Shown piece after piece: positions 27,823-32,000 of a DNA stretch of 32,000 bases (within the stretch, counting starts at the first letter, position 1; each line of letters opens with the position of its first letter). Location: the NCBI RefSeq assembly GCF_000012285.1, contig NC_007181.1:690001-722000 (forward strand), in the 5' to 3' direction. The notes beneath the pieces are model-generated. The model saw only the letters and a list, made by a program, of their open reading frames with translations, did not search any database and was not told the DNA's origin. The DNA comes from Sulfolobus acidocaldarius DSM 639. GTDB lineage: Archaea; Thermoproteota; Thermoprotei_A; Sulfolobales; Sulfolobaceae. A program made the position numbers and the translations under genes.

Positions 27823-28904
27823 CTCTTTATCTTCACTCTTCTTTCATCATAGTCATTATTTAATGCTATACTTCCCAAAATTACACCATCAAATGCGGTA
27901 ATAGGCGATTGAATGGTGACTTTTTGATTAACTTCATCGACCTGTTTTATTAAGCCTGCACCTGCAATTTTTCCCTTATGTAAGAGACCGACAATTAATC
28001 CTATGATCTCCTCTCTCTCGATGTAGTAACCTTGGCATGGTTGTTCATCTATTAATTGAACTTCCTCTCCCCAAGCAAACAATAAATTCTTGGATAATGG
28101 TGAACCTAAAATTTCTCTTATGTCCACATCCACTAGAAGGGATTTCGAGAAATAACTCCTATATTTATTTTTTCTATACATTTTTCGTGTTTTTATGTTT
28201 CTGTTTACATCCAGTGGAAATGGTTTTATTATTTTTACTTTTCTCCTTATTTCTATAGGTAAATCACTTAGTATTTTTTCATTGAATACTAAAATGTAAT
28301 CAGGATCCAATCTATAGATCAGTTCAAGTTTGTGTTTAAGAGCTGAAAATCCATTTATCCATCCGTCAGCATCAATAACCAGGTTCTTTTCGTCTTTATT
28401 CATGTTATATAACTTATCTATCAGTGATATGTGAAGCCTAGGATTAGTTAATGGAGTTATGTCACCAAAAAATTCTATACTTTCATATGCTCTTTCCGAT
28501 AGTTTCAATTTTTTCTCAACTTGTCTAGACGAAATAGACACAAATGTTGGTAAAAATAATGAAGATTGACCTACATCTGCATCTATTATTTTGCCTCCAT
28601 GCATGTTAAGTAACATATTAGAGAGATAGGTCTTCCCTGAGTTCTGCTTACCCAAAATAATTATCCTTCCGTCCAAGTCATTGATAATTTTATGCCAGCC
28701 TAAGGTGGGATATTTTGATAATATTTCACAATTACTGTCTAGAGAACTTACATCCATGGAAGTAAGGGTGAATGTATCATTCTCATGTATATCCAACTGT
28801 CCTTCTATCAGCACTATTCCATTTACAGATATCTTGCCGCTATTTATTCTAATTACACATGGACCTTTTATGACAAGATCGGTATCTCTATCTAACTTAA
28901 TCAT
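27813..28904 (-). CDS. Clp1/Grc3/Nol9-family polynucleotide 5'-hydroxyl kinase
   Basis: It has the P-loop ILGKQNSGKTYLSNMLLN followed by IIDADVGQS (the Clp1-type D-x-D-x-GQ motif). It is 363 aa, overlaps the tmk start by 10 nt and overlaps the upstream gene by 4 nt (ATGA). Confidence 0.75.
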   Translation of the reverse strand: MIKLDRDTDLVIKGPCVIRINSGKISVNGIVLIEGQLDIHENDTFTLTSMDVSSLDSNCEILSKYPTLGWHKIINDLDGRIIILGKQNSGKTYLSNMLLNMHGGKIIDADVGQSSLFLPTFVSISSRQVEKKLKLSERAYESIEFFGDITPLTNPRLHISLIDKLYNMNKDEKNLVIDADGWINGFSALKHKLELIYRLDPDYILVFNEKILSDLPIEIRRKVKIIKPFPLDVNRNIKTRKMYRKNKYRSYFSKSLLVDVDIREILGSPLSKNLLFAWGEEVQLIDEQPCQGYYIEREEIIGLIVGLLHKGKIAGAGLIKQVDEVNQKVTIQSPITAFDGVILGSIALNNDYDERRVKIKRCL

Positions 28905-29437
28905 ATTGCTGCCCTAAGTGCAATAATATATGCAGCTCGTATATCTCTGTCTTTCACGATAATGAAAGGATTTTTTAGACTACTTCTGTTCTCGTCAACT
29001 AATTTCAGATTAGTGTACTCTCCCCTTAAAGACTCATACAATTTTTTACCTATGAGATTCCCGTTTCCTATTCCTATCTTGAAGGTTTTATGGGGATAAA
29101 TCTTGATTATTTCGTTTAAATAATTTTTTATATTTTTTAAGTCGATTGTATTTGATTCTACTAGTTCACCATCACCAAGGACAGCAACTGAAAGTTTATT
29201 TGGAACATTTGCGTCTATGCCAATCAGAAGTTCATTAAAGTACTCTTTTCCTCTAAGTTTACAGACTAAATATCCTATCGTTTTATCTATTCCTAGTTTT
29301 TTAACTAAATCTTCTGTTATAATAATTTCAGCATTCTGTGGATTTTCCTCTAAGTTTATGTTTCTTTGCCTAAGGCGTAAAATTAGCTTGTGGTACAATT
29401 TAAGATCGTTGACATCAATTGCTACTTTTTTTACCAC
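28901..29437 (-). CDS. putative RNase H-fold nuclease, YqgF/RuvX-like (motif-level inference only), with an N-terminal extension
   Basis: LLIGIDANVPNKLSVAVLG, KIGIGNG, LKLVDENRSS and DRDIRAAYIIALRA align in order and spacing with the RuvX motifs (FDFGTKSIGVAV / VGLPLNMDG / HDERLST / D.ASAVIILE) as I recall them. The start is ambiguous. The GTG at 29437 sits 26 nt downstream of a TATA-like box. The ATGs at 29509 and 29506 would overlap the divergent gene. Confidence 0.55.
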   Translation of the reverse strand: MVKKVAIDVNDLKLYHKLILRLRQRNINLEENPQNAEIIITEDLVKKLGIDKTIGYLVCKLRGKEYFNELLIGIDANVPNKLSVAVLGDGELVESNTIDLKNIKNYLNEIIKIYPHKTFKIGIGNGNLIGKKLYESLRGEYTNLKLVDENRSSLKNPFIIVKDRDIRAAYIIALRAAI

Positions 29438-29457
29438 ATATTCAAATTTCTTTTTGA

Positions 29458-29467
29458 GGATATAAAG
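29458..29467 (-). promoter_or_regulatory. TATA-like box (reverse complement CTTTATATCC) for the nuclease-kinase-tmk operon
   Basis: It is centred about 26 nt upstream of the GTG at 29437. Confidence 0.35.
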
Positions 29468-29477
29468 ATTGAGATTA

Positions 29478-29986
29478 ATGGAGTTTATTTTCGAGAAAGG
29501 GAACATCATTTCAATTTATGGAGCTTCAGGTACTGGAAAAACAAATATCGGGTTGGAATTATGTCAAGAGATACAACCCAGTTTATTTATATCTACTGAA
29601 GGTAAATCCTACTCTAGTAGGGTTGAGAAATTAAGGTTGAAGAAAGATATACTCTTCATAGAATCTTCCAATGTTTTTGAATTGTTATATGCATTATCAA
29701 AAACAACTGATTTACATGTGAAACTGATAGTTGTAGATACAGTAAATAAATTCTACAAATTATATAGAAATAAAAAGGATATTGAACTTCCCTTAATCCT
29801 TCTAAAATCTATTGCAGATGCGGGAGTAAAAGTGGTTATGTTGTGGCAAATGTCAGGAAATAATAGAGTTAGTGGCGAAAAATTTATGAGAAATTTTTCG
29901 GACGATATAATGAGATTAAGCAAAGGAATAATAATAGGGTACTCGAGATATTGCAAGTTCAAGATAAATGATAATGGCGTGATAGG

Positions 29987-29996
<10 letters not shown>
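29478..29996 (+). CDS. small RecA-superfamily ATPase, RadA paralog (aRadC-like)
   Basis: From the ATG at 29478 it reads [29 protein letters not shown] (Walker A) and has KLIVVDTV (Walker B). It is about 172 aa. From memory, a comparable small RadA paralog lies near mcm in S. solfataricus. The track start at 29469 is a TTG. Confidence 0.7.
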
Positions 29997-30485
<489 letters not shown>

Positions 30486-30492
30486 ATACTAT

Positions 30493-30846
30493 ATGCCAAA
30501 AAAGAAAGGCGATGAAGTAAGAAAAACTTATAGCGTCGTCAATAACGTGTACGTTATTATAATATTAGTTTTGGTAATGGGTATAACTATATTAGGCGCT
30601 ATAGCGTTTCCATATTATATATCACCAATAACCTATTCTAATGGGGGGACAGCTCAAGCTGGTGGTATAGCTGTCCTTGCAGCTCTCATAATATTAGGCT
30701 TAATATTAGGCGTTTACTTTGTCGAGAATAAAAATTATGATATAGGCACTCCGATTCTTATCTTAATGCTGGTTATAATTGTCATTTATGTTTGGTTAGC
30801 TTACGGTTCAGCGGCGATTAAATTTATATTTAATATGTCGGGGTAA
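30493..30846 (+). CDS. small membrane protein (3 TM), unknown function
   Basis: From the ATG at 30493 it reads MPKKKGDEVRKTYSVVNNVYVIIILVLVMGITILGAIAF and continues with further hydrophobic segments. The longer track ORF (30406) overlaps carS and is rejected. Confidence 0.6.
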   Translation: MPKKKGDEVRKTYSVVNNVYVIIILVLVMGITILGAIAFPYYISPITYSNGGTAQAGGIAVLAALIILGLILGVYFVENKNYDIGTPILILMLVIIVIYVWLAYGSAAIKFIFNMSG

Positions 30847-30851
30847 TAAGT

Positions 30852-31073
30852 ATGGAACCTATTAGGGTAAAATTATCCACAGGTAGAGAAGTAATTGTTG
30901 ATGAAAATGCAATAAGGGTATTAAATGAATACGTGAGAACTCAAATGACATTGGAGCAACTCGCAAGAAGACTAGGTTTAACAAGCTGGGAAGAAGCTTA
31001 TGAGCTAGTAAAACAAATTCCCTCATATGTCATGTGGACTCCTGTATCTATATATAGTAAGCAGGTACAATAA
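30852..31073 (+). CDS. hypothetical small protein, 73 aa (possible HTH segment TLEQLARRLGLTSWEEAYELVK)
   Basis: The ORF starts at an ATG 5 nt after the previous stop. I cannot assign a family. Confidence 0.5.
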   Translation: MEPIRVKLSTGREVIVDENAIRVLNEYVRTQMTLEQLARRLGLTSWEEAYELVKQIPSYVMWTPVSIYSKQVQ

Positions 31074-31094
31074 GAAAATCTGCCAATATAATTT

Positions 31095-32000
31095 CTATAC
31101 TTTTCTATAGCAATCGGGTCTAGATTCGTATATAAGACCTTGTTTTCTCATATCGCTTATAAGTTTATCAAAAGAGGATTTTTCTATACCAGCGTTTTCA
31201 GCCTCCTTTGCAAGATCCTTGATTTTTACACATCCCTCAGAAGAGGATATGGTATCTATTATCTCCAATATCTTTGACATTTTTTCTCTGGCACTCTTCG
31301 GTTTACCTGTCATTATTGTATCAATATCTATTTTGCCTGATTCCACATCTATTCCTACTCTTTCTAGAAATATTCTCATTATATTTATTGCTCTTTCCGC
31401 ATCTTCTCTTGAAACTTCCTCTTTTAGAGCCATTCTTGCATATGCCTCTGATATTCTTATTAATGCCTCAAGCTGTCTTGGTGTAATAATTATTGGTGAG
31501 TCTGGACTCTCTGAACTCTTTTTCCTCATTTCTACGAAGAAATCTAGAAGCAATTTTTTGGCTTCATCACCAAGTTTTGGACTTACATTTTTTCTTGAGT
31601 AAGCAATATATTTCTTAAGTAATTCAGTATCTATAGTATTTTGCTGGACAATGTTTTTAGACGCATGAACATTCAAAATGTGTGAAGCAAGTAACTCATC
31701 TTCTTTTCCTGGTTTATCTACTAATATGAATATCAAATCAAAACGCGATAATATCGTAGGTGGTAGATTTATGTTCTCAATAAGTGTCCTCTCTGCGATG
31801 TATCTGCCTAGCTTGGGATTTCCCGCAGCTATGACAGTAGCTCTAGCGTTTAGTTTTGCTACTATTCCAGCTTTTGCAATAGATACAGTCTGCTGTTCCA
31901 TTGCCTCATGAATTGCAACTCTATCCTCCTCTCTCATCTTATCAATCTCATCTATTACTGCAATTCCACCATCGGCTAATACTAATGCTCCTGCTTCCAG
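31095..32000 (-). CDS. mcm: MCM replicative helicase, C-terminal 302 codons; the 5' part lies beyond the right window edge
   Basis: The frame is open to position 32000: LEAGALVLADGGIAVIDEIDKMREEDRVAIHEAMEQQTVSIAKAGIVAKLNARATVIAAGNP...SRFDLIF (Walker B, sensor 1 and arginine finger regions). A winged-helix tail follows at the C-terminus. Confidence 0.92.
   Translation of the reverse strand: MEAGALVLADGGIAVIDEIDKMREEDRVAIHEAMEQQTVSIAKAGIVAKLNARATVIAAGNPKLGRYIAERTLIENINLPPTILSRFDLIFILVDKPGKEDELLASHILNVHASKNIVQQNTIDTELLKKYIAYSRKNVSPKLGDEAKKLLLDFFVEMRKKSSESPDSPIIITPRQLEALIRISEAYARMALKEEVSREDAERAINIMRIFLERVGIDVESGKIDIDTIMTGKPKSAREKMSKILEIIDTISSSEGCVKIKDLAKEAENAGIEKSSFDKLISDMRKQGLIYESRPDCYRKV

Noticed and set aside
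27296-29962. ORFs 27296..27535, 28037..28258, 28681..28917, 29217..29465, 29390..29599 and 29753..29962
   Set aside because: They are antisense or out-of-frame shadows of tmk, the Clp1-like gene, the YqgF-like gene and the RadA paralog. None has a motif.
31219-31911. Three + strand ORFs inside mcm
   Set aside because: They are antisense shadows of MCM.

Overview
This is an AT-rich, tightly packed crenarchaeal chromosome segment of Sulfolobaceae type. From memory only, the gene order resembles Sulfolobus acidocaldarius; I cannot verify that here.

General architecture:
- TATA-like boxes sit about 25-30 nt upstream of many start codons, as expected for leaderless transcripts.
- Same-strand neighbours often overlap by 1-10 nt.
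- Three convergent gene pairs overlap at their 3' ends.
- All three tRNA genes need an intron removed to fold.

Content from left to right:
- Glycyl-tRNA synthetase (GlyRS; partial, absent from the ORF track), agmatinase, RNA polymerase subunit P (48 aa, absent from the track), aSUI1 and TFB.
- A small membrane protein, then tRNA-Glu(CUC) with an apparent D-arm intron, and an SSV-type integrase N-terminal fragment lying antisense to that tRNA.
- A G+C-richer island of two glycosyltransferases with ORF-free flanks.
- HtpX, then the copper cluster: copA, a 55-aa TRASH chaperone (absent from the track) and a divergent copR.
- A 92-aa unknown protein, a membrane-anchored tandem AAA+ ATPase and an ECF-like transporter module with an unusually compact fused ATPase.
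- A roughly 400-aa orphan gene in an AT-rich, ORF-poor patch, followed by an Sso10a-like wHTH protein.
- Amt, a PPP phosphatase, gluconate dehydratase, a PHS-type MFS transporter, Usp and an amidohydrolase.
- tRNA-Tyr, tRNA-Leu, UPF0147 and UPF0148.
- An operon of a YqgF-like protein, a Clp1-type kinase and Tmk.
- A small RadA paralog, CarS and a membrane protein in one overlapping gene string, a 73-aa protein, and the 3' part of MCM (partial).

I saw no rRNA, CRISPR array or intact IS element.

The most promising leads are:
- the integrase-fragment, tRNA and glycosyltransferase island (4.0-7.5 kb);
- the orphan gene and its roughly 700-bp intergenic region (16.1-18.2 kb);
- the putative nuclease/polynucleotide-kinase operon (27.2-29.5 kb);
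- the transmembrane-anchored double AAA+ ATPase beside the atypical ECF-like module (11.6-16.1 kb).

All functional calls rest on motifs read by eye and on recalled family knowledge. No database search was possible.
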